From positions 1 through 50,708 of IMG/VR virus record IMGVR_UViG_3300043414_000745: a stretch of DNA of 50,708 nucleotides; one strand, 5' to 3'. The notes beneath the pieces are model-generated. The model had not been told where the DNA came from. It made no database searches and saw only the letters and a list, made by a program, of their open reading frames with translations. The translations under genes and the position numbers were made by a program. Shown here piece by piece: positions 17,732 through 26,631 of this stretch. The DNA comes from a virus. Lineage: Duplodnaviria > Caudoviricetes. Every line of letters begins with the position of its first letter. Position 1 is the stretch's first letter.

Positions 17732-18391
17732 TTATTCCAGACCTTTCAACATCTCCTCACTCATCTTCATAATGATAAGCTCGGTGGGCGTGGTCTCGAT
17801 GATGATTGTGTTGTCTTGCATCGCAAGCTGCCGCGCATATTTCTCTGCGCTTGTGGTGTAATTTTGCCAGCTCGCCTGTGATCCGATCTCTCCGCTGTTG
17901 ATGAACTCTACGATCTGATCGCGGAAGACATCTTCGTTGAAGACGAAAGGATCTTCGTCGGTGCCGCCCATTAGCGGAACCATTGCATCGAGGATGTTGT
18001 CGATAGGTTCGACGAGTTCGATGATGAGGTTGACTTTGCGCACTGAGATCTGCACTTTCTCGGAGAGCTCAGACACGAGCGGCATATCGTCTTCGTGGAT
18101 CTGGCCGCGAAGAACCCCGATGCCTTTGTCTACGATGAATGCTTTGCCCTGTGACAGGCGAGCGCGCACGGTCTGAGGCTGCTGTCTTAGCGTGAGAGTG
18201 TTGATCGTTGCTTTCTTGCTGGGAATCTTCGAGAGCTTAACGACCATCTGTGCGAACTGAACCGCATGCTTGATGTCATAGTAAGGCCAGCCTTGCTTGC
18301 GTTCGGTCTTGTTGAGTAGGCGCTCGGCTTCTTGAAGAAGCTTAGCTGGGTCGTGTTGTGGTGGTGGATTTGTTGGGTTGAATATGTTCAT
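17732..18391 (-). CDS. Hypothetical protein
   Basis: 219 aa ORF tiling the operon. Confidence 0.75.
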   Translation of the reverse strand: MNIFNPTNPPPQHDPAKLLQEAERLLNKTERKQGWPYYDIKHAVQFAQMVVKLSKIPSKKATINTLTLRQQPQTVRARLSQGKAFIVDKGIGVLRGQIHEDDMPLVSELSEKVQISVRKVNLIIELVEPIDNILDAMVPLMGGTDEDPFVFNEDVFRDQIVEFINSGEIGSQASWQNYTTSAEKYARQLAMQDNTIIIETTPTELIIMKMSEEMLKGLE

Positions 18392-18392
18392 C

Positions 18393-18575
18393 TTATTGAG
18401 CTTCCTTAAAGCCTTGCCATATGTCTTTCCTGCGGGCCGCGCAGTCTTCGTAAGTGAGTTCTTCTGCGAGTTCCTCTAGTCGGTTGATGCGCTCTCTTAG
18501 GTCTCTGATCTCTGTCTCTTGATTGTCGTAAACAAAATCATTCCAAGCTGCGGCTGCTTTGTCGTTTGCGTTCAC
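18393..18575 (-). CDS. Hypothetical coiled-coil protein
   Basis: GTG start in a GTGA overlap, preceded by GGAGG; RINRLEE module. Confidence 0.6.
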   Translation of the reverse strand: MNANDKAAAAWNDFVYDNQETEIRDLRERINRLEELAEELTYEDCAARRKDIWQGFKEAQ

Positions 18576-19021
18576 AGCTTTGCCTCCTTGGCTTTGCGCC
18601 AGATGTTTGTGCATTCAGGAAGATACCCGCGAATAACGGTTATCCATATTCGCATCGCATCACCAGCCTCATCCAACCGCTTGATGCGCTCTAAAAGTAG
18701 AGGTACTTCCCGCTGAATAACTTTACGCTGAGACTCTCCGAGTTTCGCTCCAAGCATTGTTGCGACGGCGTTGGCATCCCATTCGCGTTCAACCTCCAAT
18801 GCCGACTCCTTCCATTCATCCAACCGCTTGATGCGTACATTCAAGTCATCCCGCTCTTGAGACACTTTGAGATTTATATCGCATATTTTATTATTTAATG
18901 ATTTCAATTGCTGCGAGGCCTCCTCCAGCCGCTTGATACGGTCCTCTAGCCGCTGGTTTTCTTTGACTAGATCATCGCGCTGTTTCCAAATCCGGTTCAT
19001 CATAATTTCATCTACACTCAC
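18572..19021 (-). CDS. Hypothetical coiled-coil protein with three RIKRL(E/D)E repeats
   Basis: Internal repeat visible at DNA and protein level. Confidence 0.7.
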   Translation of the reverse strand: MSVDEIMMNRIWKQRDDLVKENQRLEDRIKRLEEASQQLKSLNNKICDINLKVSQERDDLNVRIKRLDEWKESALEVEREWDANAVATMLGAKLGESQRKVIQREVPLLLERIKRLDEAGDAMRIWITVIRGYLPECTNIWRKAKEAKL

Positions 19022-19266
19022 AGCTTGGCCTCCTCAACGGATTCATAGGTCATCGCAAATATGTCAGGCTTGCACGGATAGTGTTCGCCCTTCACGCCAG
19101 TGATGATGTAGTCGCCGGGAGTAACAATGTGTCCGCCCTCTAGCGTGGAAATCCATCCAAGTGTGGTGTCCTCTGGTCCAGCAAAATAGACGTTTACCAT
19201 AGGATGATCGCCATGCTGGAACCATTGAGTGGCTTCAATTACGATGGGTTTCTTGCGGTATTTCAT
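19018..19266 (-). CDS. Conserved phage protein (PGDYG-like)
   Basis: KYRKKPIVIEA.QW...TLEG...PGDYII.GVKGE.YPCKPDIF..TYE. Confidence 0.85.
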   Translation of the reverse strand: MKYRKKPIVIEATQWFQHGDHPMVNVYFAGPEDTTLGWISTLEGGHIVTPGDYIITGVKGEHYPCKPDIFAMTYESVEEAKL

Positions 19267-19430
19267 AGCTCATCCTCCTTATTTATCAGCTCAAACAATT
19301 CATCTCTTACGCGAAATTTTACGACCGCCTCAATCAATCCTCCGTCAGACGATTCTCTCGCTTGTTCAGATTTTGCGTCGATTGCCGCGTCAATGTATTC
19401 CAATAGTTTGGTCAGTAGTTCTTTGTTCAT
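19263..19430 (-). CDS. Hypothetical 55-aa protein (not in ORF track)
   Basis: MNKELLTKLLEYIDAAID...KEDEL; ATGA overlaps at both ends. Confidence 0.7.
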   Translation of the reverse strand: MNKELLTKLLEYIDAAIDAKSEQARESSDGGLIEAVVKFRVRDELFELINKEDEL

Positions 19431-19612
19431 TTACATTCCTTCCATTTGAACTGAGGTTTACCGCTTGCGTCGTTTGTGTAGTAGGCAACCCCTGCGAGGA
19501 TGGCTTCTTCTCTCAGTGCCGTGTCACCTCTGGTGAATCCTAAGATAATTCCGAAGATAAACATACTCACAGCAACTGCGCCTGTGAGTTTTGCTAAAGT
19601 GTCGTCACTCAT
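19427..19612 (-). CDS. Small membrane protein
   Basis: One hydrophobic segment (GAVAVSMFIFGIILGF); ATGA overlaps. Confidence 0.65.
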   Translation of the reverse strand: MSDDTLAKLTGAVAVSMFIFGIILGFTRGDTALREEAILAGVAYYTNDASGKPQFKWKECK

Positions 19613-19929
19613 TTCGATTCCTCCCATTTGCCAATCGTGCGGAGGAAAGCCTCTGCGCGTTGGGATGCGGTGGCGGATATTCCTAAAGCGGTTCCTCCGG
19701 CACAAATATTTGTTAGATGCTCAACAAACTTCCACCAATCATTGTTGTTCATTGCCTTCTCCGCCTCATGCATGGCGTTGAGGTCGTTGAGGTAGTCTGG
19801 AAGGGTTCGATAGTTGAGATGGTATTTTTTCCAGTAGAAGTTGTTTGGATCTTTTGGCCATGAAGCGTCCCCGTGCCATGTCCACCCACACGCTTCCGCG
19901 ATAGCAATACGCTGTTGTTCTGGTGTCAT
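19609..19929 (-). CDS. Conserved phage protein (ABA-sandwich-like)
   Basis: IAIAEACGW...LPDYLNDLNAMHEAE...ATASQRAEAFL. Confidence 0.7.
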   Translation of the reverse strand: MTPEQQRIAIAEACGWTWHGDASWPKDPNNFYWKKYHLNYRTLPDYLNDLNAMHEAEKAMNNNDWWKFVEHLTNICAGGTALGISATASQRAEAFLRTIGKWEESK

Positions 19930-19933
19930 ATAT

Positions 19934-20137
19934 TTATTCTTTAACCTCCACAATAAAATCAAAGTTCATTTGCCAACTATCACTCAGTCTGTTATATGTT
20001 TCCTTACCTATCTTCCATGTTCTTGGATCTCTTTTAGATTTGGTATGTCTACATTGTATAGTTACAGTATCCATATCTTTGAACGCCTTGTTTCTTAGCG
20101 TGTGATCGGGCGGCAGTTCATGCAGTTTGTATAGCAT
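19934..20137 (-). CDS. Hypothetical protein
   Basis: 67 aa ORF tiling the operon. Confidence 0.55.
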   Translation of the reverse strand: MLYKLHELPPDHTLRNKAFKDMDTVTIQCRHTKSKRDPRTWKIGKETYNRLSDSWQMNFDFIVEVKE

Positions 20138-20960
20138 ATTCAGGTAGTTCTAGTTCTCCGAGTTCTCTCTTTAGGAGAAGGTTTCTTAGAGCTCGAACAT
20201 TCCCAAAGGAGAATGTCTCGTCGCCGAAGTGTTCGCGCTCGCCAATAGGTGTCCAGTTTTCTTCTTCGATGATAGCCGCTGCGACACATCTGATCTCTTG
20301 AACTCCGCGATCCTTCAAGCTGAATGTCTTCAGCCCGAGTTCGTTGATGCGGAAGTAAAGATCCTCTCTGAACGTGCCTTCCTTTACCATCTTCAACAAG
20401 TCACGATTTGTGGCGAACACGAACCTACATTGAATAGGCACAGGATCGACCGCGCCCACTGGAAGTACGGTCTTGTCTTGTAAGACACGCAAGAGTTTTG
20501 CTTGATGCGCGAGAGGCAACTCGCCTATCTCGTCGAGGAAAGCAGTGCCCTTGCCGACTGCTCTTAGGAAGCCTACGTCGCCCCGTGATTTAGCGCCGGT
20601 AAAAGCGCCGGGCATGTAGCCAAAGAGTTCGCTTTGAAATAGAGTGTCTGTCAGACCAGCCATGTTCATAGCCTTGAGAGGCTTGCGCTTGTGTGATAAG
20701 ATGCGGGCGAGAAGCTCCTTGCCTGTGCCGCTTGGCCCTTCGATGAGTACGTTATAGCGTTGAAGACTTTCTTCGGCGTAGGTTATTGCCGACGTGAGCA
20801 TTCTCTTTGTCGCCGGGTCTTGCGTCGCGTAGGACGATGCGACATTGTGGATACTGTTCTCTTTGAGAGAGTCGCCTGTGATCTTAAGGACGTCCTTCCG
20901 TATGTTATCGAGGAAGCTATCGGCGGCCGAGGTATTGAGTACGTTTGCGTGGATGTTCAT
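20118..20960 (-). CDS. Sigma54 activator (bacterial enhancer-binding protein AAA+ domain only)
   Basis: VLIEGPSGTGKELLAR, SELFGYMPGAFTGA, FLDEIGEL..AHQAKLLRVLQ, FATNRDL, FREDLYFRI, GNVRALRN; no receiver, GAF or HTH domain. Confidence 0.96.
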   Translation of the reverse strand: MNIHANVLNTSAADSFLDNIRKDVLKITGDSLKENSIHNVASSYATQDPATKRMLTSAITYAEESLQRYNVLIEGPSGTGKELLARILSHKRKPLKAMNMAGLTDTLFQSELFGYMPGAFTGAKSRGDVGFLRAVGKGTAFLDEIGELPLAHQAKLLRVLQDKTVLPVGAVDPVPIQCRFVFATNRDLLKMVKEGTFREDLYFRINELGLKTFSLKDRGVQEIRCVAAAIIEEENWTPIGEREHFGDETFSFGNVRALRNLLLKRELGELELPEYAIQTA

Positions 20961-21148
20961 TTCTTTTTCTTTGTTTTATTTTTCTTAGGTTTCTTCTTAT
21001 AGATACTAGGACCGGGATCTCTTAGCTTATACTTCATGATCGCCTTGCGCGCCGCGGCCATCTCTTCTTTGTCTAGGTAGGCCTCATCGAGAGATCCGAG
21101 TTTGATCTTTGCTTTATACTGTTCACCCTTTTGGTGGAAGGCACTCAT
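20957..21148 (-). CDS. Small basic hypothetical protein
   Basis: 63 aa with Lys-rich tail; ATGA-coupled on both sides. Confidence 0.65.
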   Translation of the reverse strand: MSAFHQKGEQYKAKIKLGSLDEAYLDKEEMAAARKAIMKYKLRDPGPSIYKKKPKKNKTKKKK

Positions 21149-21429
21149 TTTCTTTTTAGTTTTAGGATTTCGTTTTGTAGTTTGAAGATAGTGTCGCCTG
21201 CTTTGTTGAGTTGATTAAGTAACTCACTGATCTTTCTCTCATAGTGTTCACGCTTGATGGGCGCGCTATGGATGTTATAAACTATGGTGCGCGACACGCC
21301 GAAGTGCTCTGCGATTTTAACTTGTGGCATATCAGGATGCGCTATCACATAATCTCTGATCTCTTGCTTCTGCTCGGGCGTGAGATAGTAGTTCTTGCGC
21401 GCTAGGTTTGTTATCTTTTTTTCGTACAT
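21145..21429 (-). CDS. HTH DNA-binding protein with C-terminal coiled coil
   Basis: LTPEQKQEI...PQVKIAEHFGVSRTIVYNI followed by Leu heptads. Confidence 0.8.
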   Translation of the reverse strand: MYEKKITNLARKNYYLTPEQKQEIRDYVIAHPDMPQVKIAEHFGVSRTIVYNIHSAPIKREHYERKISELLNQLNKAGDTIFKLQNEILKLKRK

Positions 21430-21438
21430 AGTGGTTAG

Positions 21439-23607
21439 TTAATTGTTAGGAGTTTCTTCAGAGTCATCGTCATCATCATCATCGTCTGTCTCGATAACGC
21501 CTGTGGATTCTGTGGCCTTGAGATCGTCGGCGGTAAGCTTGACTATGGCGGCCCGCTTGCGGATAGCTATCTCTAATTCACCGGCGAGATCTACATTGGA
21601 TGAGCCGATCGCATCCACGCTTTTGAGTTTGCGTGCAAGCTTAGGAGCCATATGGTCGCTGAGGATTGTGCCTTCGGGCACATAGATCTCTTGCGTTGTG
21701 TCTGTCAGGGTGGTGATTCGCACGCAGCGACCGAGAGCTTGTGCAAATTCCTCTGCCCAATAGGTCATCGTGCTCATCACTTTGCGGGGCTTCGTGTGCT
21801 GATAGCGATGGTCGAGAGAGATGCCTGTGCCACCGGATGATAGAGTGTAGATACAGAACTCAGTCTCGCCATTGAGGAACGCTTGCACGTTCTCATGCCG
21901 CTCGTTCTGATTCTGATTGTGGAGTTTCATCTCGCGTAGTTTCTCATTGCGTTGAGCAAATGCATCCTTCGTCATCTCTCGGAAGATACGTTCGGATGTG
22001 TACTTAATTCCCTTGTGGAATGCGCGGAATTCTTCCTTCGTGATCCCGATATCATCAGCCTTTGGCTTGCGTGCCTCGTCGGGGTTATCGAGAATCCACA
22101 TGCCCATCTTGACTGCGATCTCTGCTGCCCTGTTTTCAGGGAGTAAGTCCTCTAACTTTATCTCTCGATTGCCACCCCAGATCAGAGAGATCTTCTTCTG
22201 TGTGAGATTCTTGCTCTTGAAATACTCACTATCACACAGCTTCATCACGAGTTCCTTGAGGGTCTCGACGAAACGAATAGCAATCACGGGCGCATAGCCT
22301 TGTCGATGGGCCTCGATTGTGTCGGCGACCCATGTGTCTACGGTCGCAAGCTCTGCCGCCCGAGCCATCACCATGAAGGCAACCATCACTTGACCTTGTG
22401 GATCAATGCTGCGGCCTGTGCGCTCAAGCGATTCAAGATAGTTCTTCATCGCATTCTTGAGCATGTTCTGATTGATGGGATCAGTGATCTCAAAGAGCTT
22501 GACTTTATTGAGGGCCTTGACTTTCTGCGGATCGCCCGGTGGCTTTACGAATCGATCCCCAATCGCTGCGCCCCATCGCTCAAGGGCGGCAGCGTTTGCA
22601 CTGCGCGGATCTGCGCCGAGAGTTAGGGTGCGTGCGAATTCTGGAAATGTCTCGCGCGTGAGGGGTCGAGCGCCATAGTTAAGACGCATTGCGAGAGTCA
22701 TGAACATCGTGTCCCATACTGTCACCGCTGGGGTCGCTGAGGTGAAGACCCACTTGATATCTGGGAACTGAAGGAATGCGTCGAGATACTTAGTGCGCTT
22801 GCTTTTTTCTTTCTTGATCTCTTGACACTCGTCTAGGATTATTAGGCGCGGAGCGGCCTGAGGTGGAAGGTTAAAGCGTATGACTTTATTGACCTGACCA
22901 AAGACTTCTACGGTTTCTTCTTTGAAGAAGTTACGGTTCTTGTTAGAGAAGACTTCGTTGTATGACCATACATCCACGGCAAGACCTACGCTTTCGAGAC
23001 CCAGTTTCTTGAGTGTGTCTCTGAAGTCAAGCACCACGGATTTCTTCGTGATGATTAAGATGGGCGGAAACAGGCCGAGGAAGTTACAGAACTTAGACGG
23101 GTCATGCTTCTGTAGCCACAGTGCAAGGCCCGCTGCGATCCAGCTCTTACCTTTGCCTGTGCCGAGAGGAACAAGTGCGCCGTTGAGATTCTGATTATAG
23201 AGCACCTCAAGCAATGCACCTATCGCTTTCTTCTGCTGTGGTTTGAAGTCGAGGCCGTTGGGCAGCTTGATATCTATTGCTGTATAGGTGCGCTTTTCGC
23301 GAAGGGCTAGCTCTTCCGCAAGGCGTATAGATTCTTTCTGCTGGCGCGCCGGTGCCGCATTGACCCAGCCTTGAAGGAAGCCGAGCAGCGTGGCATAGTC
23401 GAGCTTGATTGTGGGAATTACGGAGAGAGATAGCTCACGCTGCAAGAACTCCCAATCAAACGGCTCTTTGCGATACAGATCTGTCAGCTTTTTGGCCTGC
23501 GATCTTGCGGTTGTGAGGGCGCTTTGCTGTAGGCGATCCTCGTTGCTTGTGTATTGAGGTTCTGCTGGAGTCTTACGAACTCCCGCTGCTGTTGCAAAGA
23601 TATTCAT
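21439..23607 (-). CDS. Superfamily 2 helicase (SNF2/strawberry-notch-like)
   Basis: Q motif FKPQQ, GTGKGKS, ILDECQ, SATP, SGGTGISL, QALGRCVR; acidic tail. Confidence 0.88.
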   Translation of the reverse strand: MNIFATAAGVRKTPAEPQYTSNEDRLQQSALTTARSQAKKLTDLYRKEPFDWEFLQRELSLSVIPTIKLDYATLLGFLQGWVNAAPARQQKESIRLAEELALREKRTYTAIDIKLPNGLDFKPQQKKAIGALLEVLYNQNLNGALVPLGTGKGKSWIAAGLALWLQKHDPSKFCNFLGLFPPILIITKKSVVLDFRDTLKKLGLESVGLAVDVWSYNEVFSNKNRNFFKEETVEVFGQVNKVIRFNLPPQAAPRLIILDECQEIKKEKSKRTKYLDAFLQFPDIKWVFTSATPAVTVWDTMFMTLAMRLNYGARPLTRETFPEFARTLTLGADPRSANAAALERWGAAIGDRFVKPPGDPQKVKALNKVKLFEITDPINQNMLKNAMKNYLESLERTGRSIDPQGQVMVAFMVMARAAELATVDTWVADTIEAHRQGYAPVIAIRFVETLKELVMKLCDSEYFKSKNLTQKKISLIWGGNREIKLEDLLPENRAAEIAVKMGMWILDNPDEARKPKADDIGITKEEFRAFHKGIKYTSERIFREMTKDAFAQRNEKLREMKLHNQNQNERHENVQAFLNGETEFCIYTLSSGGTGISLDHRYQHTKPRKVMSTMTYWAEEFAQALGRCVRITTLTDTTQEIYVPEGTILSDHMAPKLARKLKSVDAIGSSNVDLAGELEIAIRKRAAIVKLTADDLKATESTGVIETDDDDDDDDSEETPNN

Positions 23608-23608
23608 C

Positions 23609-23908
23609 TTATAGTAGCTTAGAGATCACATCTTCGGCGTCTTTGAAGCCATATGCTTGTGGCGTTCTTGCGATCAGAGATACGTACTCGCTGAAGACAA
23701 TACTTGCGGCTGTGGGTTTGTCAAGCTGCGTGTATGCTCTGTTGATTGCGTCGCGTTGATTGAGCAAGGGCGTAAGTTTCTTCTGCACTGTGAGCATCTT
23801 ATCCTCCAGCTGTTGGCGGAGCAAGACGTTCTTCTTGGCCGCTTTCTCCATGTTCTTCTGTAACTTCATTGCTGCTTTGATTGTCTTGTTCTGTAATGGT
23901 TTGTTCAT
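23609..23908 (-). CDS. Hypothetical coiled-coil protein
   Basis: 99 aa ORF tiling the operon. Confidence 0.65.
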   Translation of the reverse strand: MNKPLQNKTIKAAMKLQKNMEKAAKKNVLLRQQLEDKMLTVQKKLTPLLNQRDAINRAYTQLDKPTAASIVFSEYVSLIARTPQAYGFKDAEDVISKLL

Positions 23909-24509
23909 TTTCTTGGTGGTTATTATTTAATGACTCTATGACACCGCGAGTGTCTACGATCTTGATTACTTCTTCGATGGGAAAGTAGCAGTTGATGTTG
24001 TTGAATGCGCCTTTGAGGGCTTCGTTAAGTTGTTTTGATTTATGCAAGTAGACTTCTTCACCTTGGCTTGTGATTGCAATGGCAACTTCTGTTGCCTTCT
24101 GCCGCGTGAAGAGCTTTGCGCGAGAGAGACTGTCGCCGATGAGTTCGATGCGGAGTTCTTCCGCTTTCTTCCTGATGTAGGAAACATCAGAGGCAATGTG
24201 GTTTGCACGTAGAAGTCTCCTTCTTTCATCTGACAAGGCCCATTCGGTTGCATCCCACACGACAGAGTAGTTGTGTCCATCTTCTTCGATTCTCTGAATA
24301 TGGATATGCTCACCTGCGCAGTGAGCTTTGACCCACTCGGCTGTTTCATTTGAAGCAACAATCGCATGGGCAAGATTATTCCCTGGAGTTCTGCGGATGA
24401 AATGCCCTCGCTCTGCATCGACATGACAAGAACACGCTGGGAAGAGCAATCCCCAGAGTTGATAGCTGTTGAGTTTTTCTGGTTCTTCATGAGAGTTTTC
24501 ATTTTGCAT
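23799..24509 (-). CDS. Hypothetical protein
   Basis: 236 aa ORF directly after rpoN; its low-complexity tail overlaps the next gene. Confidence 0.6.
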   Translation of the reverse strand: MQNENSHEEPEKLNSYQLWGLLFPACSCHVDAERGHFIRRTPGNNLAHAIVASNETAEWVKAHCAGEHIHIQRIEEDGHNYSVVWDATEWALSDERRRLLRANHIASDVSYIRKKAEELRIELIGDSLSRAKLFTRQKATEVAIAITSQGEEVYLHKSKQLNEALKGAFNNINCYFPIEEVIKIVDTRGVIESLNNNHQENEQTITEQDNQSSNEVTEEHGESGQEERLAPPTAGG

Positions 24510-25788
24510 AGACTTTACGGAGATGCGAGGGTTGAATGCCTAGCTCTGCTCTGTACTTTGCGATTGTCCGCCGGGCGATTGTGTTCTTAAGCAAGACGAC
24601 GATGTCTTCGTCGCTTAGTGGTCGTGACTTATCTTCGGTTGAGATGATCTCTGAGATTTGATTCTTTATGGATAGGTTACTTTGCATTGTGTTTTGTTCA
24701 TGGTTTACGATAGCTCCGGTGAAGAAGAAGCGAAGTTCATATGTGCCGCGCGGGGTTGAGATGTACTTATTACATACTGCCCGCGAGACGGTTGTCTCAT
24801 GGATCTCACAGACGACTGCGATCTGGGCCATCGTGAGCGGCTTGAGATCGTGGATGTTGCCGGTCTTGAAGAACTCTTGTTGAAAATCTACGATAGCCTT
24901 TGAGACATTAGCTAGTGTGCTTTGCCTCTGCATGATCGATCGGATCAGAAACTTACCGGCCTTTACTTTCTCCCGCACGAACTCTCGATCCTGTGGTTTG
25001 AGCTTGTGGAGATAGCTGAGAACGTGGCTGTTGATTCGATAGACAGGAAGACGCTCGTTGGGCAGGTTGATTGTGCCGTCGGCGAGAAGAAAGACTTCGG
25101 GATCTTTAGGGATGTTATGTGGCAGAGAGAACTCGGCAGCGGGATTATGATTGAGCTTGCGGAGTTGCCTATAGAGATTCTCTATCGTCGTGAATGTCTC
25201 GTTGTATTTCTTCGCGAGCGTGGGAATCTGGCGGCGAGTAAAGAGATCTTCGTCTTGTTGAAGAATGATATAGGCAAGTGAAGAAGTATCTAACTGAAGA
25301 CACAAGCAATCAGCTAGGCCAAGAGCACCTAGCCCTTTAGGATCGAGCGTGCGGATAAAGCGCAGAGATAATCTCTCTTGCGGCGTGAGCGTATCAGGAT
25401 CAAACGGAAAGAATCCTTTCTCGTCGAGCCGATGTATGATGTTTGTCTCCAAACCTGCGATCACTAGTTCACGCGTGAGATATTCTTCTAAGGTCTCCGC
25501 GCGACCGGGATTATTCTCTAGCGGAAACTCTTCTACATACGACGGGATCGTGTTCGATAGAGAAGTCCACTGCATGTCCGCGGGCAATTCTGCCTTGTCG
25601 TTTGCATATGATATCTCTTCTTCAGACTGATTCTGATCAAGAAATTCAACGCAAGGATTATCGTTGATGAAAGACTCCATCACGGTATGGAGTTCGCAAA
25701 GTGGAGCCTGTAATAAGGCAAGACTTTGCTGAAGTTGCGGACTCAATATCAAAGACTGAGTCTGCTTTGCAGAGATGGAAAGTTTCAT
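24499..25788 (-). CDS. rpoN: RNA polymerase sigma54 factor
   Basis: Region I QTQSLILSPQLQQSLALLQ...NPCVE; LDPKGLGA..L.DCL..Q; RQSTL; LKPLTM..IA...IHETTVSRA..NKY; PLSD; RpoN box ARRTIAKYR. Confidence 0.97.
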   Translation of the reverse strand: MKLSISAKQTQSLILSPQLQQSLALLQAPLCELHTVMESFINDNPCVEFLDQNQSEEEISYANDKAELPADMQWTSLSNTIPSYVEEFPLENNPGRAETLEEYLTRELVIAGLETNIIHRLDEKGFFPFDPDTLTPQERLSLRFIRTLDPKGLGALGLADCLCLQLDTSSLAYIILQQDEDLFTRRQIPTLAKKYNETFTTIENLYRQLRKLNHNPAAEFSLPHNIPKDPEVFLLADGTINLPNERLPVYRINSHVLSYLHKLKPQDREFVREKVKAGKFLIRSIMQRQSTLANVSKAIVDFQQEFFKTGNIHDLKPLTMAQIAVVCEIHETTVSRAVCNKYISTPRGTYELRFFFTGAIVNHEQNTMQSNLSIKNQISEIISTEDKSRPLSDEDIVVLLKNTIARRTIAKYRAELGIQPSHLRKVYAK

Positions 25789-25832
25789 TAGTGGATAAAG
25801 TGGGTTGTTTGTTTATCCTATAAAGCGAATAG

Positions 25833-25849
25833 AGCTTTAGCTGTGCCAA
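25833..25849 (-). promoter_or_regulatory. Sigma54-type promoter candidate upstream of rpoN
   Basis: Minus strand TTGGCACAGCTAAAGCT, just downstream of a terminator. Confidence 0.85.
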
Positions 25850-25892
25850 CTATTGGCATGTGTGAATAGTTAGCACAGATAAAACGCCAAAG

Positions 25893-25933
25893 AAAAAGCC
25901 TCTGTCGGATGTTACTCCAACAGAGGCTTTTTT
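25893..25933. terminator. Intrinsic terminator (A/T tracts on both sides)
   Basis: AAAAAGCCTCTGTCGGA tgttac TCCAACAGAGGCTTTTTT; the wobble pair favours the minus strand. Confidence 0.88.
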
Positions 25934-25986
25934 GTTTGTTTGTGCTTTAGAAGCTTCTCATAATTTTTTTAGTGTAATTTGTCATA

Positions 25987-26631
25987 TCACACAGACTTCT
26001 TCTTCGACTCGCGCTTGGCCTTCGCGGCGCTGAGTTCGTTAGCCTTCGCGAGGAGCTGGGCAAGAGAGCCGATGAGGTTAGCCTGTTTGGCGACGGCCGC
26101 TTCCTTGTCAGACACGCCCAAAGAGCGGGCAACGTCGTCGTTCCACTCGCCAGCCATTGCGAACACGATGCTGCCAATTTCAGAACGGATGGACTCGATC
26201 TTCTTGAGGACGCTCTTTTCGGTCTCGCGGTCGGCAGACACGCCATAGATGAATGCGGCGAAATAGTCCGGAGTATTTCCCTTCGACAGATAAGCTTCAG
26301 AAGCGTCTTCGGCGATATCAAGCAAGTGCTCGCTGACCAAGTCAGACAGGGCATTCGAGATGCGCTTCGTTTCAGTGACACTACCGTCTTCATTCTTCAC
26401 CTTCGTCACGTGCTCGGTCACGACTTCAGCCAACGCCTCGCCGCGCTTGATGTAATAGGACAGATCGCTCACGGCCAGAATAGGCGCTTGAAACGAGACA
26501 GTGCGCTCTGCGCTCTTTGCGGTCTTCCGAACGTGCCGCTCGTTCGTGGTGAACGAAGGGTTGCCGTCCTTATCGCTGGTGAATACGCTTCCGGCGAAGG
26601 AGGCAACGAGTTCGAGGTTCTTAGTGCTCAT
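25987..26631 (-). CDS. Hypothetical protein, monocistronic (own promoter and terminator)
   Basis: 214 aa, Ala/Lys/Ser-rich with basic C-terminus. Confidence 0.8.
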   Translation of the reverse strand: MSTKNLELVASFAGSVFTSDKDGNPSFTTNERHVRKTAKSAERTVSFQAPILAVSDLSYYIKRGEALAEVVTEHVTKVKNEDGSVTETKRISNALSDLVSEHLLDIAEDASEAYLSKGNTPDYFAAFIYGVSADRETEKSVLKKIESIRSEIGSIVFAMAGEWNDDVARSLGVSDKEAAVAKQANLIGSLAQLLAKANELSAAKAKRESKKKSV

